Notes under the pieces: model-generated
What the model saw: only the letters and a program-made list of their open reading frames with translations
Told to the model about the DNA's origin: nothing
The model's database searches: none
Part shown: piece by piece, positions 37,228 through 46,574 of the stretch
Position numbering within the stretch: position 1 is the first letter of the stretch
How the letters are laid out: every line of letters starts with the position of its first letter
Source of the DNA: a virus
Lineage: Duplodnaviria > Caudoviricetes
Reading direction: 5' to 3' (one strand)
IMG/VR virus record: IMGVR_UViG_3300020576_005620
Span: 32,001-96,000 of that record
DNA length: 64,000 bases
Translations under genes and position numbers: made by a program

Positions 37228-38225
37228 AACACAATTTCACAATACTGGAAGCAGAAGCCTACAAGAAGTTTAAAAAGGCAGAAAAACTATTCTTTGAACA
37301 AGTACCGCCCTATGTGCAAAAAATTATGCTAAGGGACAAGAAACTTGTTGAACACTGGGCTGAAGTAGAGGATTTGACTAAAATTCCAGCAACAGATGAA
37401 GAATTTTTTGACTATCTCTATAATGAAACAACTAAATGTCAAGCTTGTGCTTTGTGTGAAGGTAGAACACTTGTTGTTCAACCAGATGGTGGAATAAGTT
37501 CGGATATTCTAGTTGTAGGAGAAGGTCCAGGCTTTTTGGAGGATCTATCAGGGATTCCTTTAGTAGGTCCAAAAGAACTTGTAAATAGCAGATGTAATCT
37601 ATGCACAAAAAGTCAAAAATGTTATTCTCATAGACTTCTTAAAGCTCCAGATGATTGGGGTAGAAGAGCTAAACATGTTATCTGCGCTAATGTTCCAAGT
37701 ACTACTCCTACTTTACCTAAAGAAGGTTTTTACTTGCGAAGTGCGGGGTCAATCATAGATGGCATAATTCTAACAACATTTGGTACTATGATGCCTAGAC
37801 AGAATTGGATAAATAAATGGAAGAAGGACAACCCAAATTATGCTGGAGTTGATGTCTCGCCATGGTTTATCACTAACTCTGTTCTGTGCAGATCCTACGA
37901 TCCAATAAGATTTCAGGATACGACACCAGAAAGTGTGCCACGAAAAAGCTGTAAGAAATGGCTTCTCTGTCACTGGGCATTGACCCAGCCTAAATCTATC
38001 GTATGTCTTGGTAGACCGGCCTTAGAGAGCTTTCTAGGCAGTGATGTGGCCGCAGCAGGAGTAGCTCCAGGACAAGTTTTAGATACTAAGTATGGGAGGA
38101 TCTTCTTCCAAACACATCCTGCAGCTATAATGCGAGAAAACAACAAAGAGGCTCAGGCGTATGGTTATGCTAAACTAGCAGAAACCTTCAGACAAGCAGC
38201 AGTATATGCTGGTTATGATTTTTAA
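37212..38225 (+). CDS. family-4 uracil-DNA glycosylase-like protein
   Basis: CQACALC, VVGEGPGFLED, ITNSVLCR, IVCLGR, THPAA. Confidence 0.88.
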   Translation: MENKIEHNFTILEAEAYKKFKKAEKLFFEQVPPYVQKIMLRDKKLVEHWAEVEDLTKIPATDEEFFDYLYNETTKCQACALCEGRTLVVQPDGGISSDILVVGEGPGFLEDLSGIPLVGPKELVNSRCNLCTKSQKCYSHRLLKAPDDWGRRAKHVICANVPSTTPTLPKEGFYLRSAGSIIDGIILTTFGTMMPRQNWINKWKKDNPNYAGVDVSPWFITNSVLCRSYDPIRFQDTTPESVPRKSCKKWLLCHWALTQPKSIVCLGRPALESFLGSDVAAAGVAPGQVLDTKYGRIFFQTHPAAIMRENNKEAQAYGYAKLAETFRQAAVYAGYDF

Positions 38226-38904
38226 AACTATGGATATATTTTCAAGTAAAGTTCTTATTATTGGTATTTGTGGAAGGAAGGGGGCGGGTAAAGATACCTT
38301 AACGAGCTTCTTTCCGTCTTTTTATCCTAACACAGCATCTCTTGCATTTGCAACGGAAGTTAGAGAAAGGGCAGCAAAAGCCCTTTGTTATGGCGGCATA
38401 GAAAATATGTTTGCTAACCAAAAAGAAGTCTCTAAATTGATCTCTTCACATGAAGATATTCTTCACAAGTTTTTAAGTCGTGATAAAGTATCTGTAAATG
38501 GTGTAGATATTGAACTAAAAGAATTGTTTAGACCTTTTATTGTTTCTTTTGGTCAGACATTTAAAACTCTCCATGGAGAAGATATCTGGATAAAGAAGTG
38601 GGAAAATAGGGTTTCAAATATGCCAGCTAAACCAGGATACAATTTAATTGTTATCCCTGATCTAAGATTCCAATCTGAGTATGACTGGTTGAAAAAACTT
38701 GGCGGTAAAGTTGTAAAAGTTATCTGGCCAGATGATCCCACAGAAATTGACGACAATCCTTCAGAAAAAGAACACCTTAATTTTGAGTGTGATTTTGATA
38801 TAATAAACTTTAGGGAGTATGATAAGCTTTACAATGACTTTTCAGAAAACCTAAAACCTATGATAGATACTTGGATCAATGAGAGGGCAGAAAGTGGATT
38901 TTAA
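38215..38904 (+). CDS. deoxynucleoside monophosphate kinase
   Basis: GICGRKGAGKDT, IPDLRFQSE, PSE. Confidence 0.88.
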   Translation: MIFKTMDIFSSKVLIIGICGRKGAGKDTLTSFFPSFYPNTASLAFATEVRERAAKALCYGGIENMFANQKEVSKLISSHEDILHKFLSRDKVSVNGVDIELKELFRPFIVSFGQTFKTLHGEDIWIKKWENRVSNMPAKPGYNLIVIPDLRFQSEYDWLKKLGGKVVKVIWPDDPTEIDDNPSEKEHLNFECDFDIINFREYDKLYNDFSENLKPMIDTWINERAESGF

Positions 38905-39379
38905 GGTAGAAGCTCTTACACTTTCGGATAAGTGGGATGCTAGATTTTTAGAACATGCAAAGCAAGTTTCTCTTTGGAGTAAAGACCCATCCACACAAGT
39001 AGGTGCTGTAATTGTAAATACAGAAACAAGACAGATAATCTCTAGTGGATATAATGGTTTTCCTATTGGTGTTAAAGATCTATCGTCAAGATACGAGGAA
39101 AGACTTCTTAAGTATAAACTTGTAGTACACGCAGAAGCTAATGCTATTGTGTTTGCCCAAAAAGATCTTAAAGGAGCTACACTTTACTGTTATCCATTTA
39201 TGCCCTGTACTACTTGTGCTGGATTGATTATTCAAGCAGGTATTAAAAGAGTTGTTTCTTATATTACTCTTGATGAAAGGACTGAAAGATGGTGGGAAGA
39301 ACATTTTCAGTATACAGTGTTAATGTTCGAAGAGGCTGGGGTACAATTAGACTTGTACAAATACGAAAATGAAAGCTGA
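38894..39379 (+). CDS. dCMP deaminase
   Basis: SKDPSTQVGAVIV, GYNGFP, HAEANA, PCTTC. Confidence 0.95.
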   Translation: MDFKVEALTLSDKWDARFLEHAKQVSLWSKDPSTQVGAVIVNTETRQIISSGYNGFPIGVKDLSSRYEERLLKYKLVVHAEANAIVFAQKDLKGATLYCYPFMPCTTCAGLIIQAGIKRVVSYITLDERTERWWEEHFQYTVLMFEEAGVQLDLYKYENES

Positions 39380-39998
39380 AATGTTAATGTATTCCGGGAA
39401 CGTCATTGATGTTCTTAATCTTACAGAAAATGATATTCTCCTTGGGGATATTTTTCACGGCCTCTCTAAACAGCAAAGATTTATGGGGCAAATGGAGCCT
39501 GACTATACTGTAGCCCAGCATTCTGTACTTTGCGCCAGACTTCAGGCTCTTGATAGATATGTGTCTAACGAACAAATTCTTTGGGCACTAATTCATGATT
39601 TTCAAGAAGCCTATGTAATGGATATTCCAACCCCTATTAAGAATAACCTCTATATTAAAGATGAAAAAACTCTTTCTTATATATCTTTTAGGGAGAAAGA
39701 GAATGAAATTTTTGAAACCATTATTAAAGCTTTGAGAATAGACTGCTACAAAGAAAATATTTCATATGATGATCTTTTAAATGTTGATAAGCTCATGCTT
39801 AAAATAGAACAAGCAGTCTTCTCTACAGATCTTGACTTTTTAAAGAAGTACCCAGAGACGGTATACACTTCAATTGGAAAGATGTCTAATCAAGAAGCTA
39901 AAGTTCTTATCACTGATTCATACAAGGAAGTTGTTTCCTGTCTTTATTACGGCAAAGACATTAATCCTATGACCTGTCCGGTATTGCTTGGCGTATGA
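39369..39998 (+). CDS. HD-domain 5'-deoxynucleotidase (YfbR-like)
   Basis: RFMG..YTVAQHS...IHDFQEAYVMDIPTPIK. Confidence 0.9.
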   Translation: MKAEMLMYSGNVIDVLNLTENDILLGDIFHGLSKQQRFMGQMEPDYTVAQHSVLCARLQALDRYVSNEQILWALIHDFQEAYVMDIPTPIKNNLYIKDEKTLSYISFREKENEIFETIIKALRIDCYKENISYDDLLNVDKLMLKIEQAVFSTDLDFLKKYPETVYTSIGKMSNQEAKVLITDSYKEVVSCLYYGKDINPMTCPVLLGV

Positions 39999-40969
39999 TA
40001 GTACAAAAACTTATTTTAGATAACTATAGGAGCTATGAACATAGTGAAATAGAACTTGATTCAATATTTGTAATTGAGCCAGGGGATCTTTCTAATCCTA
40101 ATGATTGTGGAAAAACTCACATCTTTAGGGCACTTAGAATGATTCTGTTTCATGAAAGTTTTCCTATAACACATCTAAGATATGGTGAAAAAGATGGTTA
40201 CGTGGAAGTCCATCTTTCAAATGGCTATAAAATAAGAAGAGCCTGGGAAGGAAAAGTTCATTTTACTTATGTAACTGATCCTAAGAATAAAACAGAGAAG
40301 TTAAAAGGAACTAATGATACGGCAGCTTTAGTAAAGAGTATAACTAATTTTACTAAGGTAAAGTTAGAAGAAAAAGATGTTTCTGGTATTGATTTTAACT
40401 TTATCACTACTAGAAGAACACCACCACTTCTTGATGAAAGGGGTGATACTATTCTAAAGAAATTCTCTTTAATAATGGGGTGCCAGGAGATTGAAGAGGC
40501 TGTTTCGTCTTTTACTTCTGAATTAACTAAGGTTAACTCTGAAATAACCAAACTAGAAAAGCTTAGTCTAAACTCAAAAGAGGTTCTTGATTCAAAACAA
40601 ACTCTTCTTTCAGAAATAGAAAATCTTCTTAAAGTAACATCTGATAAAGAAGACGAAATAAAAGCTCTTGAAAACAAACTTGTAAAGTTAAATAGACTAT
40701 CTATTGTTTCTAAGAAAATAGGTCTTATTGAAAAGATACCAGGCAATTTAGAAGCTATTAATGGAAGGATCTCAGTTTTAAAGAAGTGTCTTGAAAAGGG
40801 CCACTCTGTGTTACAATTGCTTAATAAGTATGTGTCTAACACCGAAAAGTTACATACTTTAACACAACAGATAGAATTAACAAGTGAAGAATTACTACTA
40901 TTGAACGAACAAAAACAAAAAATCTTAAAGCAACTTGGTATATGTCCAACTTGCGGCAGCAATCAATGA
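39995..40969 (+). CDS. sbcC: SbcC/Rad50 N-terminal half (Walker A, coil, Zn hook)
   Basis: LDNYRSY, NDCGKT, coiled coil, terminal CPTCG. Confidence 0.85.
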   Translation: MIVQKLILDNYRSYEHSEIELDSIFVIEPGDLSNPNDCGKTHIFRALRMILFHESFPITHLRYGEKDGYVEVHLSNGYKIRRAWEGKVHFTYVTDPKNKTEKLKGTNDTAALVKSITNFTKVKLEEKDVSGIDFNFITTRRTPPLLDERGDTILKKFSLIMGCQEIEEAVSSFTSELTKVNSEITKLEKLSLNSKEVLDSKQTLLSEIENLLKVTSDKEDEIKALENKLVKLNRLSIVSKKIGLIEKIPGNLEAINGRISVLKKCLEKGHSVLQLLNKYVSNTEKLHTLTQQIELTSEELLLLNEQKQKILKQLGICPTCGSNQ

Positions 40970-41382
40970 GCAGCGCACCAAAACCTCAAAACAAAGTAGT
41001 ATCTCATAAGGACTACACAATCAAAGTTTCTCGACTATACGATGAAGAAGGATATGGCTATACTGAAGCTTTTATGTATTCTAAAGATGGTCAGGTTGTG
41101 TTTTTTGAAAGTTCGGCTGTATTAAACCCTCTTTCTGAGCTAACTAATAACTATAAAAAAAAGTTAGATGAATTCTTGGAAACTAAGTTTCCTAAACTAA
41201 ATAAAGAGGCTCTTAAAACTGCTTCAGAGAAACCTAAGAGAACTAGAAAAGCGGCAGAGCCAAAACCAACTCCTGCTCCAGTTAAAAAAGTTGATTCTAA
41301 CGAAACCTTTTCCGCCATTATTAAAGATCTTGATAGAATAAAGAAAGTATGCCAAGAACTTCAAAAAAGTCTAAACAACTAG
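40966..41382 (+). CDS. hypothetical protein
   Basis: ORF between sbcC-N and sbcD. Confidence 0.65.
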   Translation: MSSAPKPQNKVVSHKDYTIKVSRLYDEEGYGYTEAFMYSKDGQVVFFESSAVLNPLSELTNNYKKKLDEFLETKFPKLNKEALKTASEKPKRTRKAAEPKPTPAPVKKVDSNETFSAIIKDLDRIKKVCQELQKSLNN

Positions 41383-42344
41383 GAAACCCAGTCCTATTCT
41401 TTACAGATCTCCACATAGATAAAAAGAAATACTCTAATAGAAAGATAGGTCTCTGGGAAGACATGTCAAAATCTTTGAAGTTTGTAATTGAGACAGCAAA
41501 ACAATACAACGCCTGTTCCGTTTTATTTGGAGGAGATCTTACAGATATATTTGATTGGCGTGTAATGGATATCTATCTTCTTACTAAAATGTTAGAAGAT
41601 TTTGCACCTATTCCGACTTTTGCTGCTATAGGGAACCACGATGTTCCAGCAGACGAGATAAACTTTCTTCCATATACTGCAGCAGGTATAGCGTATTCTC
41701 AAGCTAATATTTCTACAAGCATGACTCGTAAGTCAAGTAGGAAAGGTTTTCTTATAGAGTTTATTGATAATTTTTGTCTTATATGTTGTGATTGGGGGTA
41801 TTTCTACCAACTTTCAGAATTCATAGAAGAGAACATGTCTTTGATCAATAATAATCATATTGTTGTAGTTTCATGTCACCATAACTTGGCAGATAGAGAA
41901 TCTGAGCATACTTATTATTGGAAGACTGAGCCTATACATAAGAGAATTGATTATTTCTTCTCTGGAGATATACACAATGGTTACGGCCCAGCTTTGCATT
42001 CAAACAAACATACTGTATGTGGAAATCCTGGTGCTGTAGTTAGAAAACATATAGGCGAAGCAAACAATACTCCATCTCTCTTTTTACTCTATCCCTCAAG
42101 AGAAATACTAAGAGTTCTAATTCCTGGGCCAACTAAAGAAGAACTATTCTACTTTGAAAAGGATTCTACAGAAGTTATTGAAAATGATTATAACTCAGCT
42201 ATAGAAGCAGCTAAAAATGCTAAAGCAGTGGATCCTAAAGAATTGTTAGAAGAAGTAGCACTTGAAATAGGTACTCCGCAAGAAAGTCTTGATCTTTTCT
42301 TAGACAAAATAACTGCTAAGGATGGCCAAATCTATGGCAAGTGA
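41349..42344 (+). CDS. sbcD: SbcD/Mre11 metallophosphoesterase nuclease
   Basis: TDLH, GGDLTD, GNHD, CHH, GDIH, NPG. Confidence 0.9.
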   Translation: MPRTSKKSKQLGNPVLFFTDLHIDKKKYSNRKIGLWEDMSKSLKFVIETAKQYNACSVLFGGDLTDIFDWRVMDIYLLTKMLEDFAPIPTFAAIGNHDVPADEINFLPYTAAGIAYSQANISTSMTRKSSRKGFLIEFIDNFCLICCDWGYFYQLSEFIEENMSLINNNHIVVVSCHHNLADRESEHTYYWKTEPIHKRIDYFFSGDIHNGYGPALHSNKHTVCGNPGAVVRKHIGEANNTPSLFLLYPSREILRVLIPGPTKEELFYFEKDSTEVIENDYNSAIEAAKNAKAVDPKELLEEVALEIGTPQESLDLFLDKITAKDGQIYGK

Positions 42345-42684
42345 GGAGTGTTATTATAGTGGTGATTGGGAATTTATTGGAGAAAGTAAAGCTGATGATA
42401 ATCCAGAGAAATTAGCAGAAGCTATTAAAGAGGTCTTTGAAGAGTATTATATAGTTGAATCTAATGTGGATGTAGACTCCTCCTCTTTTCATTACTATGA
42501 TACACTTGATCCCTTAGAGATATTTATTTCATTAGCTACAAAATTCCCAAAATATCTTATTTGCATAAAAGAGTACGGGTCAAATGACTATCCTGATGGA
42601 ATAATGTATTTTCGTGGAAATGTTCTCGAAACCCTTCGACCTACTATTACTTTCCCTGAGCTAAGGTTTTTAAAACAAAAATGA
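42334..42684 (+). CDS. hypothetical protein
   Basis: acidic ORF. Confidence 0.65.
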   Translation: MASEECYYSGDWEFIGESKADDNPEKLAEAIKEVFEEYYIVESNVDVDSSSFHYYDTLDPLEIFISLATKFPKYLICIKEYGSNDYPDGIMYFRGNVLETLRPTITFPELRFLKQK

Positions 42685-43353
42685 TGTTACTGTCTTATTT
42701 ATGTTCTCTTTTAGTATCCCACGCTATTGTAGGAACTATAGTTGCTTTTGTAGGTATCTTTAAGAAAAGAGGGGATCTTGAATATTTTGGTATTAACATT
42801 GTACTCTTTGCTTTTGTGTACATTTTTATTTGTTTAGCATTGGGGTTAGGATAATTACTTGTAAAACAACAGATTTATATCATGAAAGATCAGATTATTA
42901 AGAACATAGAAAATATAAAGAAAGAGATGGCTAGCCTATCTACCTTACTGACCCAGGAGCAGGAATATGTTTTATTCCCTTGAAATCTTTTGACATTTCT
43001 CTTAAAGTTGCTGGAGATATTTTGGGCGGAGTAAAAGAGTGATGACTGAAAAAGAAAAAAGAGAAGCGTATATACGAGCGTCAGACAAAAGAGTAAGCCA
43101 TTGGTCAGAGTCAAAAAGGGAGGCTTTTTACAAGGCTGTTAGAAGGCTTGAGGAGCCCACAAAACCTCCTAAGAAAGAAGGTGATGAGTAGTGAGTGCAA
43201 GCGCATTTTTCAATAGGATGCTACGAGAAGCCAGAACTGAAGAATATCGGCGGAAAGTGATGCTTGAAAGGATTCTCAGGCAGGTTGAAGAGAGAAAACA
43301 GGAAGACGAGAGGTTTGCTAAAGAACAAGAACGTACGGTGTTAAACTGGTTTC

Positions 43354-43794
43354 GTGATGTTGCTGCTAGCACTCAAAAAAGAGAATCATAGTGTGACAGA
43401 AGAAATATTAAAACTTAGAATAGAGAAATTTGATAATCGTCTTGGTATGCTTTTAGAAGAATACGAGGACTACGAAGATTCTCAAAAAGTCACTGAAGAA
43501 ACTCCTTCTGAAGAATTAGTCAACCAAATTAAGCGTTACGGCTACGCACTTATTAAAGAATTTGGAGATAATGAAGCAACTGCAGTTGTGTCTGGTTTTG
43601 AAGAACCAGGGGTCTGCAGAATCGTTTTACAGAACAGAGAATTAATCAAAAGATGCTCTGTAGTTGTTAATGATTATGGCTGTGTCTACTATCACGAAGT
43701 AACGAAAGGTTTTGGATCTAAAAGAATAGATGGGAAGTTTTCTCCGGCAGAGATTTGTTACTTTGTAAAGCTATATTTCAATCATAATGAATAA
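43354..43794 (+). CDS. hypothetical protein, paralog of the 44346 C-terminus
   Basis: YGYALIK...KRCSVVV...EVTKGFG...EICYF. Confidence 0.7.
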   Translation: MMLLLALKKENHSVTEEILKLRIEKFDNRLGMLLEEYEDYEDSQKVTEETPSEELVNQIKRYGYALIKEFGDNEATAVVSGFEEPGVCRIVLQNRELIKRCSVVVNDYGCVYYHEVTKGFGSKRIDGKFSPAEICYFVKLYFNHNE

Positions 43795-44335
43795 AAATAC
43801 AATTAAACAAACTTTGTGGTTTTACATAATTTCTAAAGGTGTTTTAGTTACACACCTTGAACCCCACGAAGAATCCTGGTCAGCTGGAACACGAATTTCA
43901 GATTTCTGGGACTATTATGGTGGTACACAGGAAGTTCGTTACAAATCTATTGTTGACTTTACAGAAGATGACTCTTCTATTGATTGGGAACTGACACAGA
44001 ATCCTTTTGATAATGTCTGCTATGAATTTTGCGGATCAGAACAACCATCCTCATCAATACCTACATTAGCTGGTACTTTATACATGCAAAATGGTAAAAG
44101 GTATTGTTGGATCTTAAAATTTGACATAAACCTAGAAAATATTATTTCTGTTCTAGAGCTAGTGCAGAAATTTGAATCAAAAACAGAATCAGATGTTTTA
44201 GCTGCAACTAAGAAGAAATTTGTAAAAGCTTTGGCAGCTGTAGAAAAAAAGCTGGTGGAAATGAGTAAGTATTACAACACTGATGATGATAGTTATAGAG
44301 ATTCTGCAATTTCACGAGAGCTAAGAACGAATTGA
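43787..44335 (+). CDS. hypothetical protein
   Basis: 182-aa ORF. Confidence 0.7.
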   Translation: MNKNTIKQTLWFYIISKGVLVTHLEPHEESWSAGTRISDFWDYYGGTQEVRYKSIVDFTEDDSSIDWELTQNPFDNVCYEFCGSEQPSSSIPTLAGTLYMQNGKRYCWILKFDINLENIISVLELVQKFESKTESDVLAATKKKFVKALAAVEKKLVEMSKYYNTDDDSYRDSAISRELRTN

Positions 44336-44345
44336 AAAGTGAATT

Positions 44346-44978
44346 ATGAATTTTTACGATGAAGAGACAAAAGCTTTCATGGAGAAGTCTGGTTGGATTT
44401 ATAAAGAGGCTGATAAATGTTTTACTATCAAACGAAGCACTTGGGGCATGTCCATATATGACTGCCATACTCTCAGTGCATACGATCCAGATACGTCTTT
44501 TAGCATACAGATTCCCTATATGAAATCTTTTGATGCAGCTCTTCGTACAGCTAATTCTGTTTTGGAAGGATTTACTGAGAAAGAGTTAGTAAAGAAGACT
44601 CAGGAAAACATTGATATCGAGACAAAGAATTTTGAAGTTGAGTTAGCGGATGAAATTCTGACTATGAAAACAGAGTTTGAATGCATAATCCCGCCTGAAC
44701 TTATTGCACAAACTCGGAAATACGGTTACGTATTTATAAAAACTTTTGCCCTTAAGAGTGATGTAAGTGTATCTATAGAATTTCACGATGAAGAAAGTGT
44801 AAGAATTATACTACGGCATTGGGGGAGAAAGAAAAGATGTTCCGTTGTTCTTGAAGCAGATAAGTGTCTCTACTTTATGGAAGTGACTAAAGACTTCGGT
44901 TATAAGAAAATAGAAGGGAACTTCTGCCCAGAAGAGATATGTTACTTTGCAAATTTATTTTTTGACCACGATGAATAA
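44346..44978 (+). CDS. hypothetical protein, paralog of 43354
   Basis: YGYVFIK...KRCSVVL...EVTKDFG...EICYF. Confidence 0.7.
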   Translation: MNFYDEETKAFMEKSGWIYKEADKCFTIKRSTWGMSIYDCHTLSAYDPDTSFSIQIPYMKSFDAALRTANSVLEGFTEKELVKKTQENIDIETKNFEVELADEILTMKTEFECIIPPELIAQTRKYGYVFIKTFALKSDVSVSIEFHDEESVRIILRHWGRKKRCSVVLEADKCLYFMEVTKDFGYKKIEGNFCPEEICYFANLFFDHDE

Positions 44979-44983
44979 CTACA

Positions 44984-45340
44984 ATGGAAAGAATAAAAGA
45001 ACCTAAAAGAGCTTTACTTTACGCTGCTTTAATACCAGAATTGCAGCATTTAGGCAAGCTTTTTGGCTATGCTATCTGTTTTCATGGATCACTCTCTACA
45101 GATCTTGATCTTGTTGCTATTCCTTGGATTGAACAAGCCAAACCACCAGAAGACCTACTAAATGCTATTTGTGCCTATGTTGGGGGTAAACTAGTGGGAT
45201 CACCGTCTATAAAACCACATGGACGAATGGCATGGTCAATCTATGATATCTCTAATGAATACGGGGGATTAGCCCCCTATATTGATATCTCAATTTTACC
45301 AATGAAATTTACATCTAGTGAAACAAAAAATTCCTCTTAG
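44984..45340 (+). CDS. minimal nucleotidyltransferase-like protein
   Basis: HGSLSTDLDLVA (GS-x-DxD) and a distal YIDIS. Confidence 0.6.
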   Translation: MERIKEPKRALLYAALIPELQHLGKLFGYAICFHGSLSTDLDLVAIPWIEQAKPPEDLLNAICAYVGGKLVGSPSIKPHGRMAWSIYDISNEYGGLAPYIDISILPMKFTSSETKNSS

Positions 45341-45755
45341 GAATCTAGAGAAAATTTTAAGTATGAGTTATAACATAACTAATTGGAAGACTTTATTAAT
45401 TGAGAATCTTCAAGTATCTATTTCACATTTCAACGAAGTTAATAACAGACTAGAGGATGGCTGGAAATTACGTCTTGACAATATGGTGTGGACAGATGGG
45501 GGTCTAACTGTACAGGGTGGTTCTGAAGGATTTGAATTAAAGGCTGTAATTTGTGAAAAAGATATGTTAAAAATTGAGCATATCGAGAATTATGGTGAAG
45601 GTTCTGGTACTTGGCATAGAAACTTTGTAACACCATTACTTGCTCAATCCACCGGGAAACTAAGTGCAAGACTTGTTTGGGAAGCTGGAGATTTTCTAGA
45701 AATTGAAAAATGGGAAAATGGCGTACAAATTTCTATCCCTATGGATGAATTTTAA
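45318..45755 (+). CDS. hypothetical protein
   Basis: 145-aa ORF. Confidence 0.65.
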   Translation: MKQKIPLRNLEKILSMSYNITNWKTLLIENLQVSISHFNEVNNRLEDGWKLRLDNMVWTDGGLTVQGGSEGFELKAVICEKDMLKIEHIENYGEGSGTWHRNFVTPLLAQSTGKLSARLVWEAGDFLEIEKWENGVQISIPMDEF

Positions 45756-46054
45756 TGGAGGTTCAAAAATTCGAGGACTTTTTAGTTCAAAACAAATTAC
45801 AGCTTTATACAAAAGATAGCAAGGGAAGGTACAGCGTAATAAATTGTACTAGAAAATTTTCTATAAACGAAAATGGTTTTCTATGCACTGTCTATAGAGG
45901 AGCTAACTATAAAGAAATCAGTGTATTTAAACCCAATATGCCCAAATTTTATAACAATTTTTTCGATTTAAGGGGACAAATTATCTACTTTATTGAAACT
46001 AGTCACACTAATGTTGGGCGAGATTACATACGAATGAAAGCATCTTTCTTATGA
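45755..46054 (+). CDS. hypothetical protein
   Basis: 99-aa ORF. Confidence 0.6.
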   Translation: MEVQKFEDFLVQNKLQLYTKDSKGRYSVINCTRKFSINENGFLCTVYRGANYKEISVFKPNMPKFYNNFFDLRGQIIYFIETSHTNVGRDYIRMKASFL

Positions 46055-46563
46055 ATATACTACACAAAGAAAAATCAGGACCCTTTGCTTCTGTTGTTAG
46101 AGAATTTTTTGGGGACAAGAAGTATAGGTATTTATATTCCCCAAGCTATGGTAATCAAACTGATCTTGATACTGAAAAGATATCAATAGTATCAAGACCA
46201 ATGAATAATAGGACAATAGATACAAAACGTTGCACCCTTTCTGCAACAGATGGAAAGCATTGGTTTTATTCTTTTATTGAATCTTGTCATGAGTACATAA
46301 ATGATGGTTATGCTTATTCTATAGAGATGGATTCTGATGAAATAATAGTCGAATTTACTCTATCTTCCCCTAAAAAGGGGAAGGAATTTCATGATTTTGT
46401 AAATCTTTTAGTTATTTGGGAGCAAGAAAATGATCTTCTTATTAAATACAATTCTTTTCTGGCAGATAGAGTTAGGGAAAATTCTGAATTAGTGCGAAAA
46501 ATTAATCTTCTTGAGGAAGAACTTAATGGTACTAAGGCTAAGCTCTATTTGGATAACCCCTAG
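46051..46563 (+). CDS. hypothetical protein
   Basis: 170-aa ORF. Confidence 0.65.
   Translation: MNILHKEKSGPFASVVREFFGDKKYRYLYSPSYGNQTDLDTEKISIVSRPMNNRTIDTKRCTLSATDGKHWFYSFIESCHEYINDGYAYSIEMDSDEIIVEFTLSSPKKGKEFHDFVNLLVIWEQENDLLIKYNSFLADRVRENSELVRKINLLEEELNGTKAKLYLDNP
46543..46552 (+). promoter_or_regulatory. CTCTATTTGG motif
   Basis: about 23 nt upstream of a tail-fibre-like gene. Confidence 0.5.
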
Positions 46564-46574
46564 AGAATTTAATA

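Noticed and set aside
40267-40962. 231-aa antisense ORF and the other short antisense ORFs
   Set aside because: Shadows of + strand genes caused by codon bias; no motifs
42882-43043. Possible frameshifted small ORF near 42975
   Set aside because: No paralog or motif to establish the intended frame
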